64,000 bases of DNA from an uncultured candidate division Zixibacteria bacterium (GTDB lineage Bacteria; Zixibacteria; MSB-5A5; UBA10806; 4484-95), in assembly GCA_963668625.2 (NCBI GenBank), contig CAXXKA010000006.1, forward strand, positions 320,001-384,000, given 5' to 3'. Made by a program: the position numbers and the translations under genes. Shown here piece after piece: positions 36,056-47,485 of this stretch (the stretch's first letter is position 1; the number at the start of each line of letters is the position of its first letter). The notes under the pieces are model-generated. The model made no database searches and was not told where the DNA came from. It saw nothing but the letters and a program-made list of their open reading frames with translations.

Positions 36056-37362
36056 ATAGTTTTAAAAATATCTTCAAAATTCACGAACTTCGTCAGCGCG
36101 TGCTTTTCACCCTTGGTATTTTTATTGTCTATCGTATCGGTGGCCATATTCCTACTCCCGGCGTTGACGCTCAGGCGTTAGGCGAATTTTTCCAGCAGGC
36201 CTCCGGTTCACTTTTCGGGATGTACGATCTTTTCGTCGGCGGAGCGTTCTCCAAAGCAACGATATTCTCGCTGGGTATCATGCCATATATCTCCGCTTCG
36301 ATTATTTTCCAGCTCTTAGGCGCGGTGATCCCGTTCCTTCAACGCCTCCAGAAAGAGGGCGAAGAAGGCCGCCGGAAGATCACCCAGTATACCAGGTATG
36401 GAACCGTTGTCATCGCCATGCTACAGTCATTCGGTACGGCGGTATTTCTGGAGTCCATTACCACGAGTACCGGTAAAGCGGTCGTTCCGATTCCCGGTAT
36501 CGGCTTCAAGTTCTTGACGATTATTACGTTCACATGCGGTACCATCTTTATCATGTGGCTGGGTGAAAAAATCACCGAGCGCGGTATCGGTAATGGTATC
36601 TCATTGATCATTTTCATAGGTATTATAGCGAGATTCCCTACATCGGTAATAGACGAGGTAAGGTTGATCTTTGCCGGCCAGCGTTCGATAATAACCGAGT
36701 TGATTATCATAGCCATGATGCTCCTGGTAATTGCCTCGATTATCCTGGTCACGCGAGCTCAACGGAAGGTGCCGGTACAATATGCCAAGCGGGTTGTCGG
36801 ACGAAAAATGTACGGCGGTATGAGTACTCATATTCCACTGTCTGTCAACACTGCTGGTGTTATCCCGATCATCTTTGCTCAGTCGATCATGTTCGCGCCT
36901 TCGACATTAACATCGTTTTTCCCGAATTCGGAGGCAATGCAGACAGTTGCCTCGTGGTTTAATCCCGGCGCGTTCCTATATTCGATCGTCTACGGCTTGC
37001 TTATCGTATTCTTCGCTTATTTCTATACAGCTATTGTTTTCAATCCGATTGATCTTGCGGACAACATGAAAAAGCAGGGTGGTTTTATCCCTGGTATTCG
37101 CCCCGGACAGAAAACCGCTGAATACATAGACTACATCCTTACCCGTATCACCTTGCCGGGCGCTATCTTCTTCGCTTTAATAGCGATACTGCCATACATC
37201 CTGATTGCCCAGGCAAACGTGACATTCTATTTCGGCGGTACGGGCTTGCTGATCATCGTTGGCGTGGCGCTCGATACGTTGCAACAAATCGAGTCACATC
37301 TGCTTATGCGCCACTATGATGGTTTCATGAAAAAAGGTAAAATGAAAGGCAGGTATTCCTGA
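36049..37362 (+). CDS. secY: Preprotein translocase SecY
   Basis: LGIMPYISASII, GIGNGISLIIF, FIPGIRPG. Confidence 0.99.
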   Translation: MLDSFKNIFKIHELRQRVLFTLGIFIVYRIGGHIPTPGVDAQALGEFFQQASGSLFGMYDLFVGGAFSKATIFSLGIMPYISASIIFQLLGAVIPFLQRLQKEGEEGRRKITQYTRYGTVVIAMLQSFGTAVFLESITTSTGKAVVPIPGIGFKFLTIITFTCGTIFIMWLGEKITERGIGNGISLIIFIGIIARFPTSVIDEVRLIFAGQRSIITELIIIAMMLLVIASIILVTRAQRKVPVQYAKRVVGRKMYGGMSTHIPLSVNTAGVIPIIFAQSIMFAPSTLTSFFPNSEAMQTVASWFNPGAFLYSIVYGLLIVFFAYFYTAIVFNPIDLADNMKKQGGFIPGIRPGQKTAEYIDYILTRITLPGAIFFALIAILPYILIAQANVTFYFGGTGLLIIVGVALDTLQQIESHLLMRHYDGFMKKGKMKGRYS

Positions 37363-37997
37363 TGCGTTTGGTGTTTTTAGGCCCTCCCGGATCTGGAAAA
37401 GGCACGCAGGCCAAGATCCTGGCTGAAAAAAGAGGAATGAAACATATATCAACCGGTGATGTTTTGAGGGATGCTGTGAAAAACGGCACCGATCTGGGCA
37501 CCAAAGCTAAACAATTCATGGATGCCGGCGATCTCGTTCCTGATGATGTAATTCTCGGAATGATAAAAGAAATATTGCAAATTACGAAAGATAACTTTAT
37601 ATTTGATGGTTTTCCGCGAACAGCGGCTCAGGCCGATGGTCTGGATAAGTTAATGGATGAGTTAAACATCCAGATTGATGCCGCGATTAATCTGGCGGTC
37701 TCCGATGATGAAGTGCTTAAACGTTTGACTGGCAGATTCTTCTGCTCTAATTGCGGTTCGGACTTCAATGTAAACACCAGGCCTCCCCAGAAGGAAGGCG
37801 TTTGTGATAAATGCGGCGGCCAGCTAAAACAGCGGGATGACGATAAAACCGAGGTGATTTCCAACAGGCTTCAGGTTTACCGCGATAAAACGAAACCGGT
37901 AGAGGACTATTATCGTTCTCGTAGCGTGTTAAAGGAAGTTGACGGAGCCCAGGATTTCGGCCAGGTAACCGCCTCGATTGTTGAGGTCGTAGGTTAA
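37362..37997 (+). CDS. adk: Adenylate kinase (zinc lid)
   Basis: GPPGSGKGTQ, DGFPRT, CxxC..CxxC lid. Confidence 0.97.
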   Translation: MRLVFLGPPGSGKGTQAKILAEKRGMKHISTGDVLRDAVKNGTDLGTKAKQFMDAGDLVPDDVILGMIKEILQITKDNFIFDGFPRTAAQADGLDKLMDELNIQIDAAINLAVSDDEVLKRLTGRFFCSNCGSDFNVNTRPPQKEGVCDKCGGQLKQRDDDKTEVISNRLQVYRDKTKPVEDYYRSRSVLKEVDGAQDFGQVTASIVEVVG

Positions 37998-37998
37998 T

Positions 37999-38742
37999 AT
38001 GATTATTTACAAGTCGCCAAAAGAAATCGAGAAAATTCGGGCGGCTGGAGCTATTGTCAGAAAAACTCTGAACTTGCTCTCTGAAAATATAAAACCTGGA
38101 ATTACCACCGGGGAGCTCGACGAGATGGCGGAGGAGCTTATTCGCTCGCATGACGCCGTGCCGTCGTTTAAAGGCTACAATGGCTTTCCCGGCAGTATCT
38201 GTGCCTCTATTGATGATGAGGTCGTGCATGGTATTCCCGGCTCGCGGAAACTTATCGAGGGCCAGATAATCGGTGTGGATGTGGGCGCCTACAAGGATGG
38301 TTACCACGGTGACGCCGCCTGGACTTTCGCGGTCGGGGAAATCGATGATGAGACGAAGAAAATAATGGAGGTCGGCGAGGAGTGCTTAAGGCGAGGAATC
38401 GATCAAGCCAGAGCGGGCAACCATCTGGGGGATATCGGTCACGCCATTCAGGAATACGCAGAATCGCATGATTACTCGGTGGTAAGGGATCTGGTCGGTC
38501 ATGGAATCGGCAGGAAACTACACGAGGAACCGCAGGTTCCGCATTATGGCAAGGCCGGCACCGGTGTTCTGCTGAAACCGGGATTGGTAATCGCTATCGA
38601 GCCGATGATAAACGTTGGCGTGTTTCAGGTAAACGTGAAGAAAGATAACTGGACAATCGTCACTGCCGACGGCAAGCGATCAGTCCACTTCGAGAACACG
38701 ATAGCCGTCACCGAAAACGGTCCGGTTATTTTAACGAAGTAG
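37999..38742 (+). CDS. map: Methionine aminopeptidase type I
   Basis: VVHGIP, GHGIG..HEEP, IEPM, HFENT. Confidence 0.97.
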   Translation: MIIYKSPKEIEKIRAAGAIVRKTLNLLSENIKPGITTGELDEMAEELIRSHDAVPSFKGYNGFPGSICASIDDEVVHGIPGSRKLIEGQIIGVDVGAYKDGYHGDAAWTFAVGEIDDETKKIMEVGEECLRRGIDQARAGNHLGDIGHAIQEYAESHDYSVVRDLVGHGIGRKLHEEPQVPHYGKAGTGVLLKPGLVIAIEPMINVGVFQVNVKKDNWTIVTADGKRSVHFENTIAVTENGPVILTK

Positions 38743-38756
38743 TATTACGAGGGTAG

Positions 38757-38975
38757 ATGGCTAAGGAAGATGTAATAGAGGTTGAAGGCAGAGTGATAGA
38801 ACCGTTGCCGAACGCCATGTTTCGCGTGGAATTGGATAATGGTCATCAGGTGCTGGCCCATATCTCGGGTAAGATGAGAATGCATTTTATAAAGATTCTT
38901 CCCGGGGATAAGGTGACATTAGAGCTTTCACCTTATGATTTAAACCGTGGCCGGATAACCTACAGACATAAATAA
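38757..38975 (+). CDS. infA: Translation initiation factor IF-1
   Basis: [19 protein letters not shown]. Confidence 0.98.
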   Translation: MAKEDVIEVEGRVIEPLPNAMFRVELDNGHQVLAHISGKMRMHFIKILPGDKVTLELSPYDLNRGRITYRHK

Positions 38976-38997
38976 CTCTGTAAAGAGGAGCGTAGTC

Positions 38998-39111
38998 GTG
39001 AAAGTACGGTCGTCTGTAAAAGTGCGTTGTGAAAAATGTAAAATAATAAGACGTAAAGGCGTTGTAAGGGTTATTTGCACTAATCCCAAACATAAGCAGC
39101 GTCAGGGCTAA
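38998..39111 (+). CDS. rpmJ: 50S ribosomal protein L36 (not in ORF track)
   Basis: GTG start; [37 protein letters not shown]. Confidence 0.97.
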   Translation: MKVRSSVKVRCEKCKIIRRKGVVRVICTNPKHKQRQG

Positions 39112-39124
39112 AAGGAGGTCTCGA

Positions 39125-39496
39125 TTGGCTCGTATAGCGGGTGTAGATTTGCCGCGTAACAAAAGGATTGAGGTCGCTTTAACTTATATTTTCGGTATCG
39201 GGCATACCACTGCGAGAAAAATTATCGAGACCAGTGGAATCAACGCTGATATCAGGGTAAACAAGTTATCAGATGATGACGTCAATAAACTGAGAAATGT
39301 AATCGAACAGGATTACAAAGTAGAGGGTTCGCTTCGTACCGAAATCAACATGAATATCAAACGCTTGATTGATATCGGTTCGTATCGCGGGCTTCGCCAC
39401 CGTCGAGGCTTGCCTTTAAACGGCCAGCGTACCAAGACGAATGCCCGTACCCGAAAAGGTCCGAAAAAGACCATAGGTAGGAAAAAGAAATCTTAA
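39125..39496 (+). CDS. rpsM: 30S ribosomal protein S13
   Basis: [18 protein letters not shown]. Confidence 0.98.
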   Translation: MARIAGVDLPRNKRIEVALTYIFGIGHTTARKIIETSGINADIRVNKLSDDDVNKLRNVIEQDYKVEGSLRTEINMNIKRLIDIGSYRGLRHRRGLPLNGQRTKTNARTRKGPKKTIGRKKKS

Positions 39497-39513
39497 TATA
39501 AACGGAGGAAAGA

Positions 39514-39909
39514 TTGGCTGAGTCTTCTAAAAGAAGAAGAACCAAGAAAAAAGCGAAAAAAGTAGATGCTCGTGGAGTGGTGTATATTAAAGCATCATTT
39601 AACAACACGATTATTACTATTACCGATATGAAAGGTAACGTGATAAGCTGGGGTACCGCGGGTAAAGCCGGTTTTAAAGGCTCGAAAAAGTCTACGCCGT
39701 TCGCTGCCCAGGTCGCCGCTCAAGCTTGCGCTAAAGAGGCGATGGATATGGGCCTGAGAAAGGTTGAAGTTAAGGTGAAAGGTCCCGGCTCGGGACGTGA
39801 GGCGACGATCAGGTCGATACAGGCCGCCGGACTGGAAATCACCGCTATCAGGGATGTCACGCCGATTCCTCATAATGGCTGCCGTCCGCCTAAGAAGAGA
39901 AGGGTTTAA
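39514..39909 (+). CDS. rpsK: 30S ribosomal protein S11
   Basis: FNNTI, STPFAAQ, PHNGCRP. Confidence 0.98.
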   Translation: MAESSKRRRTKKKAKKVDARGVVYIKASFNNTIITITDMKGNVISWGTAGKAGFKGSKKSTPFAAQVAAQACAKEAMDMGLRKVEVKVKGPGSGREATIRSIQAAGLEITAIRDVTPIPHNGCRPPKKRRV

Positions 39910-39912
39910 TGT

Positions 39913-40542
39913 ATGGCCAGGTATCGTGATGCCAACTGTAAGCTCTGCCGCCGCGAGGGCATGAAGCTGTTTTTAAAGGGCACTCGCTGCTTATCTGAAA
40001 AATGCGCTTTCGATCGCCGTGGATATGCTCCCGGTCAGCATGGTCAGCGCGGAAGACGCAAAGGCTCAGAATACGGATTACAGCTCCGCGAAAAGCAGAA
40101 AGTCCGTCGTATTTACGGCGTTCTGGAAAAACAATTCCGTAACTATTTCAAAAAAGCCGCCCGGAAAAAAGGCGTAACCGGTGAAATCCTCCTGCAGCTT
40201 CTAGAAAGCAGGCTGGATAACCTGGTTTACCGCCTCGGATTCGCACCGTCAAGAAAAACTGCCAGACAATTGGTCAGGCACAGTCATTTCATGGTTGATG
40301 GCAAGAAGGTTAACATTCCGTCCTTCGAGGTCAAACCGGGTAACGTTATAAGCGTTAACGAAAAAAGCCGCAATCTTGATATAATTCACGCCGCTTTGAA
40401 AGAATCGGCTAAAGCTGTCGATATCGACTGGCTGAAAATCGATAAAGTCAAGATGGAAGGCGAGCTATTAGAGGTGCCGGAACGCACTCAGATTCCTGTA
40501 CTGGTACAGGAGCAGATGATAGTGGAGTTGTATTCTAAGTAG
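39913..40542 (+). CDS. rpsD: 30S ribosomal protein S4
   Basis: [22 protein letters not shown]. Confidence 0.98.
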   Translation: MARYRDANCKLCRREGMKLFLKGTRCLSEKCAFDRRGYAPGQHGQRGRRKGSEYGLQLREKQKVRRIYGVLEKQFRNYFKKAARKKGVTGEILLQLLESRLDNLVYRLGFAPSRKTARQLVRHSHFMVDGKKVNIPSFEVKPGNVISVNEKSRNLDIIHAALKESAKAVDIDWLKIDKVKMEGELLEVPERTQIPVLVQEQMIVELYSK

Positions 40543-40585
40543 TCGATAAATTTACGAATTTTGGATTTGTGGAGGCTAACTGCCT

Positions 40586-41581
40586 ATGAAATGGAAAAGC
40601 ATACAAATGCCCAAGGAGTTAGTGGTTGAAGAGGAGTCCTCTGATCATACATATGGCAGGTTTGTTATTGAGCCACTTGAACGTGGTTTCGGCCAAACCA
40701 TAGGCAATGCTATGAGACGAGTTTTACTCTCCTCTATTCAGGGCGCCGCCTTTACCTCGATGCGTATCGATGGTGTCTTGCATGAATTTACCACTATTCC
40801 GGGCGTATATGAGAACATTACCGATATTGTTTTGAATATTAAACAGATAAATTTGAAACTTGTCGGAGATGCCCCTAAAATAGTTACTCTGAATATTAAA
40901 GAGAAAGGCGATTACAAGGCGGCCAATCTCGAGCATGATGCCGATCTGGAGATATTGAATCCCGATCAGCATATCCTGACACTCACCGATGATACGGTGT
41001 TTAAGATGGAACTCGAAGTCGGTAGCGGTCGCGGTTTCGTTACCTCGGATGGTAACAAAAAACCCGATCAGCCGCTCGGTATTGTTCCGCTCGATTCGCA
41101 ATTCTCACCGATCACGAAAGTCAATTTCGAGGTCGAGAACACACGTGTCGGCCAGCGCACCGATTTCGACAAGCTGATTATTCATATCTGGACTACCGGC
41201 GCTGTCACTCCGGATGAATCGCTCTCGTTTGCCGCGAAACTGCTGAAAGACCATCTCAACGTATTCGGCCACGCCGAACAGGAGATGGAAATCGCCGAGG
41301 AAGAGAAAGTCGACGAGGAAATCTTGCGCATCCGTAACCTTCTGAAAATGCGGGTTGATGAGCTGGAGTTGTCCGTTCGCTCATCCAATTGCCTCCACGC
41401 CGCAAACATCGTTACATTGGAAGACCTGGTGCACAAGACCGAAAGCGAGATGCTTCGCTATCGTAATTTCGGCAGAAAGTCGCTGAATGAGCTTAATAAT
41501 ATCTTAAGCGAACTCGGCCTTTCGTTTGGTATGGATGTTGATAAATTTAAAGAAGATAGTGCAAAAGTTAAGGCTAGTTAA
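40586..41581 (+). CDS. rpoA: RNA polymerase alpha subunit
   Basis: EPLERGFGQTIGNAMRR, LSVRSSNCL. Confidence 0.99.
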   Translation: MKWKSIQMPKELVVEEESSDHTYGRFVIEPLERGFGQTIGNAMRRVLLSSIQGAAFTSMRIDGVLHEFTTIPGVYENITDIVLNIKQINLKLVGDAPKIVTLNIKEKGDYKAANLEHDADLEILNPDQHILTLTDDTVFKMELEVGSGRGFVTSDGNKKPDQPLGIVPLDSQFSPITKVNFEVENTRVGQRTDFDKLIIHIWTTGAVTPDESLSFAAKLLKDHLNVFGHAEQEMEIAEEEKVDEEILRIRNLLKMRVDELELSVRSSNCLHAANIVTLEDLVHKTESEMLRYRNFGRKSLNELNNILSELGLSFGMDVDKFKEDSAKVKAS

Positions 41582-41583
41582 AA

Positions 41584-42051
41584 ATGCGTCATAGAAGATC
41601 AATACCCAAACTTGGAGTTAAGACAGCTCATCGCAAAGCTATCCTCTCCAACATGGCGATGTCGCTTATAGATCATGGCCAGATTCAGACTACCGTTTCA
41701 AGAGCTAAGGCTTTAGTCCCGGTTGTCTCAAAACTGATAACTATGGCTAAAAGGGATGATGTTCACTCTCGTCGCCTGGCCGCCACGACTATAAAGAAGA
41801 AAGAACTCCTCAAGAAACTCTTTGAGGAGGTCGCCCCGGAATTTAAAGATCGCCCCGGTGGTTACACAAGGGTTATTCGCTCCGGTTTCAGGAAAGGCGA
41901 TGGCGCATCATTGGCCGTCGTTCAGCTTCTTGTAGAAAAGAAAGTCGAGGAGGAAGAGTCGGAGAAAAAAGGTAAAGGCGAAAAGAAAAAAGCCAAAGCC
42001 AAAGCTACCTCCAAGAAAGTTAGCAAGAAGAAAGAAGCAAAAGCTCAATAG
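41584..42051 (+). CDS. rplQ: 50S ribosomal protein L17 (Lys/Glu-rich tail)
   Basis: MRHR, RPGGYTR, RKGD.A. Confidence 0.97.
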   Translation: MRHRRSIPKLGVKTAHRKAILSNMAMSLIDHGQIQTTVSRAKALVPVVSKLITMAKRDDVHSRRLAATTIKKKELLKKLFEEVAPEFKDRPGGYTRVIRSGFRKGDGASLAVVQLLVEKKVEEEESEKKGKGEKKKAKAKATSKKVSKKKEAKAQ

Positions 42052-42088
42052 AGATAAAACTTTTGCTTGTGATATTTGCGATAAGATT

Positions 42089-42119
42089 AAGGCGGACACC
42101 AGTTCCGCCTTTATTTTTT
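42089..42119 (+). terminator. Intrinsic terminator of alpha operon
   Basis: AAGGCGGA-loop-TCCGCCTT plus T-tract. Confidence 0.8.
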
Positions 42120-42159
42120 AAGCTTTACTTTTAACCTTAAAACAGTTAGTTTTTTTATT

Positions 42160-43341
42160 ATGCGTAAATTTAGAAGAGTTTGTTTACTTATCCTGGATGC
42201 CTGTGGGGCGGGCGAGCTGCCAGATGCCTCCGAGTATGGTGATACCGGTTCGAACACTTTCGGCAATATTGCAAAGCATATGGGTGGACTCGATATGCCT
42301 AATATGGGTGAATTCGGTCTGGGAAATATCATCGATATAAAAGGTGTTCCACCTGTTGAGAAACCGAAAGCTTATCATGGTAAAATGGCCGAGATTTCCA
42401 AAGGCAAAGACTCGACGATAGGGCACTGGGAAATAGCCGGGCTGGTCAGCCGGGAATCGTTTCCCGTATACCCCGACGGTTTCCCGGATGAAGTGATCGA
42501 TAGATTCAAGCGGTTGACCGGTCGCGGAGTGCTGGGCAATAAACCGGCTTCGGGAACCGAGATAATCGCCGAACTTGGCGAGCAGCACATGAAAACCAGT
42601 GATCTGATAGTTTACACCTCGGCCGATTCCGTATTTCAAATCGCGGCTCATACCGATATCATCCCGTTGCAGGAGTTGTATCGATACTGTGAACTGGCGC
42701 GCGAGATGCTTCAAGGACGGCATGGTGTGTCGAGGGTTATCGCCCGACCTTTTATCGGTAAACCCGGTAATTTCACCCGAACTCCCGATCGCAAGGACTT
42801 CTCGCTGGTGCCACCACAAAATACCATTCTGGATATTCTTAAAGACAGAGGCATGGAGGTAATCACCGTCGGTAAAGTGGACTATCTGTTCGCCGAACGC
42901 GGTGTGACAAAAACGAATCACACCAAATCGAATCAACATGGCATAGATACTACTATTGAGCTTTTATCCAAGGAAAAATTCGAGGGTTTGCTGTTTGTCA
43001 ACCTGGTCGATTTCGATATGCTCTGGGGACATCGCAATAATGTCGAGGAGTTCGCTGAAGGGCTGGAGTATTTCGACAGCCGTCTACCTGAGATAGTAAA
43101 TTCGCTCAATGATGATGATCTGTTGATTATAACCGCCGACCACGGCTGCGACCCGACGACGATCTCAACTGATCACTCCCGTGAATATGTTCCTTTGATA
43201 GTCTTTTCCAGCAAGTTTGACGGTCACGGCGGCGATCTCGGGATAAGATCGACTTTTGCCGATGTCGCGGCGACTATCGCCGATATATTCGAAGTTGATG
43301 GTATTGAAGTTGGAACGAGTTTTAACGGGGAGTTGAAATGA
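42160..43341 (+). CDS. deoB: Phosphopentomutase
   Basis: [40 protein letters not shown]. Confidence 0.96.
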   Translation: MRKFRRVCLLILDACGAGELPDASEYGDTGSNTFGNIAKHMGGLDMPNMGEFGLGNIIDIKGVPPVEKPKAYHGKMAEISKGKDSTIGHWEIAGLVSRESFPVYPDGFPDEVIDRFKRLTGRGVLGNKPASGTEIIAELGEQHMKTSDLIVYTSADSVFQIAAHTDIIPLQELYRYCELAREMLQGRHGVSRVIARPFIGKPGNFTRTPDRKDFSLVPPQNTILDILKDRGMEVITVGKVDYLFAERGVTKTNHTKSNQHGIDTTIELLSKEKFEGLLFVNLVDFDMLWGHRNNVEEFAEGLEYFDSRLPEIVNSLNDDDLLIITADHGCDPTTISTDHSREYVPLIVFSSKFDGHGGDLGIRSTFADVAATIADIFEVDGIEVGTSFNGELK

Positions 43342-43727
43342 GTGATGTCGAGTTAATAGAGGCGGCCCGTCAGGCACAGAAAAAAGCCTACGCGCCATAC
43401 TCCGAGTTTAAAGTCGGCGCTGCGCTGCTTGGTAGTGATGGTATTATTTATACCGGGGTGAATGTCGAAAACGGTTCGTACGGCTTGACCGTATGTGCCG
43501 AGCGAAACGCGATCGGCAGCGCTGTGGTAAACGGTTGTACGAACTTTGCGAAAATAGTCGTATTCTCGAATGCAGCGCCACCGGCCACGCCCTGCGGAGC
43601 CTGCCGCCAGGTGCTAAGCGAGTTCTCGCCGGATATGCAGGTGATCTGTGTGAACAACCAGAATGAGATCAATCGCTATGGTTTAGATGAACTCCTGCCG
43701 CAGTCATTCGATTTTAAAAAAGAATAG
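43338..43727 (+). CDS. cdd: Cytidine deaminase
   Basis: YAPYS.F.VGAA, CAER, PCGACRQ. Confidence 0.96.
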   Translation: MSDVELIEAARQAQKKAYAPYSEFKVGAALLGSDGIIYTGVNVENGSYGLTVCAERNAIGSAVVNGCTNFAKIVVFSNAAPPATPCGACRQVLSEFSPDMQVICVNNQNEINRYGLDELLPQSFDFKKE

Positions 43728-43790
43728 TATGAACCTGAAGCTGAAAAGCTTCGGATGTTATAATCGCTAATTATAATGGACGAGGAATAG

Positions 43791-45092
43791 ATGAACGCTG
43801 TCGAGATAATCGCAAAAAAACGTGATGGCAAAGAACTTAGCTCTGATGAGATTGATTACTTTATAGATAATTTCACGAGTGGGAATATCCCCGATTACCA
43901 GATGTCGGCCTTTTTGATGTCCGTTTATTTTAAATCGATGACCTCGACGGAAACAGCCGCTTTGACCCGTGCGATGCTCGATTCCGGCGATAAAGTCATA
44001 TTCGATCCACTGAACAGGGCCTATGTCGATAAGCACTCATCCGGGGGCATTGGCGATAAGGTATCTATAATACTGGCCCCGCTGATGGCGGCATGCGGGC
44101 TGAAAGTGCCCATGCTATCCGGGCGTGGCCTGGGGCATACAGGCGGTACGCTTGATAAGCTCGAATCGATACCCGGATTTCGCACCGATCTGTCCATCGA
44201 GGAGTACAAACGCGGGGTAGAGCAGGTTGGCTGTATCATTACCGGCCAGACGCCCAGGATCGCTCCGGCTGATAGGTTGATGTATGCGTTGCGTGATGTC
44301 ACCGGCACGGTAGAGTCGATTCCTCTTATTTGTGGCTCGATTCTTTCCAAGAAATTCGCCGCCGGGCCTAATTCCATAGTATTCGATATAAAATGTGGCA
44401 ATGGCGCTTTCATGAAAACGATCGAGGATGCCGAGAATTTGGGGCGTAATCTTTGTGAAATATGCCATGTAATGGGTAAAGGCTCGTCCTATCTTATCAC
44501 CGATATGAACCAGCCGCTGGGTAACGCCGCCGGCAACGCCCTGGAAATCGATGAGTGCGTGCTTGCCTTAAAAGGAGATGGCCCCGAGGATTTGATGCAG
44601 ATAACCTACAGCCTGGGTGAAGCTATGCTCGATTTGGGCGGTATCGCCTCAGGTAATGAGGCGGTTCTTTTGCAGATGGAGAATATCAATAACGGCCGGG
44701 CTTTTGAGATATTCCTCGATATGGTAAAATATCAGGGTGGCGATATTTCCGGGCTTCAAAGTGCTAGTCGGCTATTGCCTGCGAAAATCGTATTCGAGGT
44801 GCAGGCTAAAGGTGAGGGATATATATCGGCTATCGATACTTACAAGATCGGGCGTTTGATAATCGAGCTGGGCGGAGGCAGAACAAAAGTAGGGCAGCCT
44901 ATCGATCACGCTGTTGGTATTGTCATGAAAAAGAAAATCGGCGATAAGGTTTCTAAAAACGATGTGCTGTTAGAGGTTCATTCATCAGGCAAACACGGCG
45001 AGGATTATTTGCGTGAGTCGTTCTTGAACACTCTGACATTAACAGATCAGATCATTTCCAAGCCACAGATAATCATTAAGAAAGCAAACTAA
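43791..45092 (+). CDS. pdp: Thymidine/pyrimidine-nucleoside phosphorylase
   Basis: DKHSSGGIGDK, SGRGLGHTGGTLDKLESIPG. Confidence 0.93.
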   Translation: MNAVEIIAKKRDGKELSSDEIDYFIDNFTSGNIPDYQMSAFLMSVYFKSMTSTETAALTRAMLDSGDKVIFDPLNRAYVDKHSSGGIGDKVSIILAPLMAACGLKVPMLSGRGLGHTGGTLDKLESIPGFRTDLSIEEYKRGVEQVGCIITGQTPRIAPADRLMYALRDVTGTVESIPLICGSILSKKFAAGPNSIVFDIKCGNGAFMKTIEDAENLGRNLCEICHVMGKGSSYLITDMNQPLGNAAGNALEIDECVLALKGDGPEDLMQITYSLGEAMLDLGGIASGNEAVLLQMENINNGRAFEIFLDMVKYQGGDISGLQSASRLLPAKIVFEVQAKGEGYISAIDTYKIGRLIIELGGGRTKVGQPIDHAVGIVMKKKIGDKVSKNDVLLEVHSSGKHGEDYLRESFLNTLTLTDQIISKPQIIIKKAN

Positions 45093-45220
45093 CCGACCGC
45101 GTTAAACTCAAGCGACATAATAATATATATGATGCTTCTTAAGTGATATATAAGGAGCGATCGCATCTTCATAGAGCCAACTCTCTGTTGCTATATATAT
45201 ATATTGATGATATTAAAGCG

Positions 45221-47374
45221 TTAGAATCTTTTACTATTATTATTTTCCTGAACCTTGAATCGTTCCTCGTTATCACGTTTGGAGCTGTCTCCCAGATGTT
45301 TCAAGGTACATTCTGTTTTCGGAAGCGTAACATCGGTGAAAATATCCGTAATTACCCGGCTGCATTTCGGAGTGGCGAGTTTTCCCGAATCGAGGCAGAT
45401 AGTGGCGGTATGGATTCCCGGCGGAACCGAGAACTCTTTCATTGGTAGTTCCTGATGAGCCGCTTTCATGTACTCTGTCCATATCGGTAAGGCGGTTGTT
45501 GCGCCTACCTCGCCCCGGTTGACACCAATCTGCGTGTAGTCGGAGAAACCGACCCAGACACAGGTAGTCATATGAACGGTATAACCATCAAACCAGTTGT
45601 TGGTAAAATCGTTGGTAGTGCCTGTTTTGCCGCCGGCTGGATGTTTGAACCCCATACGTCTGGCTCCGAACCCGGTGCCATTGTTCACCACCGATTCCAT
45701 CATGTTGACCATGATGTAGGCAGTTTGCTGAGACAGCACCTCCTCCTGGTCGGCTTTCTCGCGTTTCTCCAGTACATTGCCATTGCGATCGCGAATCTCT
45801 TTGATAAACCAGGGTTCTTTCTTGATACCGCCGTTGGGGAAAACCGAGTAAGCAGTGACCATCTCCCACAGGGTAACATCCCCGGCGCCGCCGATTGCCA
45901 GAGTGGGGTACGGTTTTAATGATGAATGTATCCCCATCCTTTTAGCGTATGATATCACCTGCTGCGGTGTTACCAGCGGATTCATGATCAGCTTGATCGA
46001 TATCAGGTTGCGTGATCTGCGCAGACCTTCACGTAATGTCATTTCGCCGTCGAAGGTCTCATCGAAATTCTTGGGACGCCACTCCTCGCCGCCCGATTGT
46101 AACACGATGGGTGAATCGATAAGCTTATCCGAGGGGCTAAAGCCGTTATCTATGGCGGTAGTGTAGACTATGGGCTTGATAGAGCTGCCCGGCTGACGTT
46201 TGGCCTGTACCGCGTGATTGAACTTATTCTTGGTGTAATCCTTGCCTCCGACGAATGCCAGTATCGCACCTGTGGCGTTATCTACACTGATCAAGGCGCT
46301 CTGCAACTGTTTGGTTACCTTGATAGTCGTATCCGAACCCTCTATGGTATCCGGTATCTCAATCGTATAATTATCGTATTTCTCGTTTTCCGGTGTGAGA
46401 ATCGAATCCATCTCGGCCTGTAATTGTTCGAGTTTCATTTTCACGGCGTTCTCGGCAAAATGCTGATAGTTGAGATCGATCGTAGTGGTCACATGCAATC
46501 CCGAATTGTACAGTGCGGTCTCACCGTATTTATCCCGAAGATATTGTCTTACCATCTCGGTGAAATATGGCGCCTCACCGACTTTCTCCTGTAGCGGATC
46601 GATAACCAGCGGTATTTTCTTCAGGCTGTCCGCCGTTTGCTGGCTGATACTACCGAATTCCGCCAGGGCATTATACACTACGTTACGACGTCTTTCCGCA
46701 CGTGCGGGATGATCGATTGGATTATACGGGTTAGGCGATTTCAACAAACCTATAAGCGTCGCCGATTCCGGCAATGTCAGCTCCCAGGCATTCTTGGAAT
46801 AATATAATTGTGCCGCTGCCTGAATGCCGTAAGCGCCTTTGCCCAGATAATGCTGATTGAGATACATCTCCAGTATCTGATCTTTGGAGTATGTCTGTTC
46901 GATTCGTATGGAGGTTAAAGCCTCGCGGATTTTTCGGGTATATGTCTGGCGTGCTGTCAAAAACAGGTTGCGGGCTAACTGCTGAGTCAGGGTGGATGCG
47001 CCCTGGGCTTTCAAATCGAAACTCTTGATATTATGGGCGAACGCTCCCGCGATACGTCGAATATCCACACCCCAGTGATCGTAAAAACGACGATCCTCGA
47101 CTGCCAGAAGGCAATCGATCAAGTAGGGAGGGATTTTATTATAAGGTACCAGCATACGCCGCTGATTATAGAACTCTTTTAGTAGATTCCCATCTTTGTC
47201 GTACACGCGGGTGATAAGACTTGGCTCGATATTATGCAATTGTGCCAGCGAGGGTAAGTCGGCTCGGAAATACATGTACATGCTCAGGCCGATAATCATC
47301 GCCAGTAGAGCCAGCCCGAATCCAGCCAGTATGAATGGTTTGTTGCTGTTTTTTTCTTTGTACACTATTGCCAT
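45221..47374 (-). CDS. Class A penicillin-binding protein (PBP1A family)
   Basis: EDRRFY.H.G, GASTLTQQ, QPGSSIK, SRN, GKTGTT. Confidence 0.95.
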   Translation of the reverse strand: MAIVYKEKNSNKPFILAGFGLALLAMIIGLSMYMYFRADLPSLAQLHNIEPSLITRVYDKDGNLLKEFYNQRRMLVPYNKIPPYLIDCLLAVEDRRFYDHWGVDIRRIAGAFAHNIKSFDLKAQGASTLTQQLARNLFLTARQTYTRKIREALTSIRIEQTYSKDQILEMYLNQHYLGKGAYGIQAAAQLYYSKNAWELTLPESATLIGLLKSPNPYNPIDHPARAERRRNVVYNALAEFGSISQQTADSLKKIPLVIDPLQEKVGEAPYFTEMVRQYLRDKYGETALYNSGLHVTTTIDLNYQHFAENAVKMKLEQLQAEMDSILTPENEKYDNYTIEIPDTIEGSDTTIKVTKQLQSALISVDNATGAILAFVGGKDYTKNKFNHAVQAKRQPGSSIKPIVYTTAIDNGFSPSDKLIDSPIVLQSGGEEWRPKNFDETFDGEMTLREGLRRSRNLISIKLIMNPLVTPQQVISYAKRMGIHSSLKPYPTLAIGGAGDVTLWEMVTAYSVFPNGGIKKEPWFIKEIRDRNGNVLEKREKADQEEVLSQQTAYIMVNMMESVVNNGTGFGARRMGFKHPAGGKTGTTNDFTNNWFDGYTVHMTTCVWVGFSDYTQIGVNRGEVGATTALPIWTEYMKAAHQELPMKEFSVPPGIHTATICLDSGKLATPKCSRVITDIFTDVTLPKTECTLKHLGDSSKRDNEERFKVQENNNSKRF

Positions 47375-47485
47375 ACCCGTGTTATCTATACTCTTTCTTA
47401 TTAATAGTCAAGAGAAATTAGACTTAACCCTTGCCCTGTTTGTTCGATTATATATATTACATCCATCATTGAGAAAGGTTTCGAC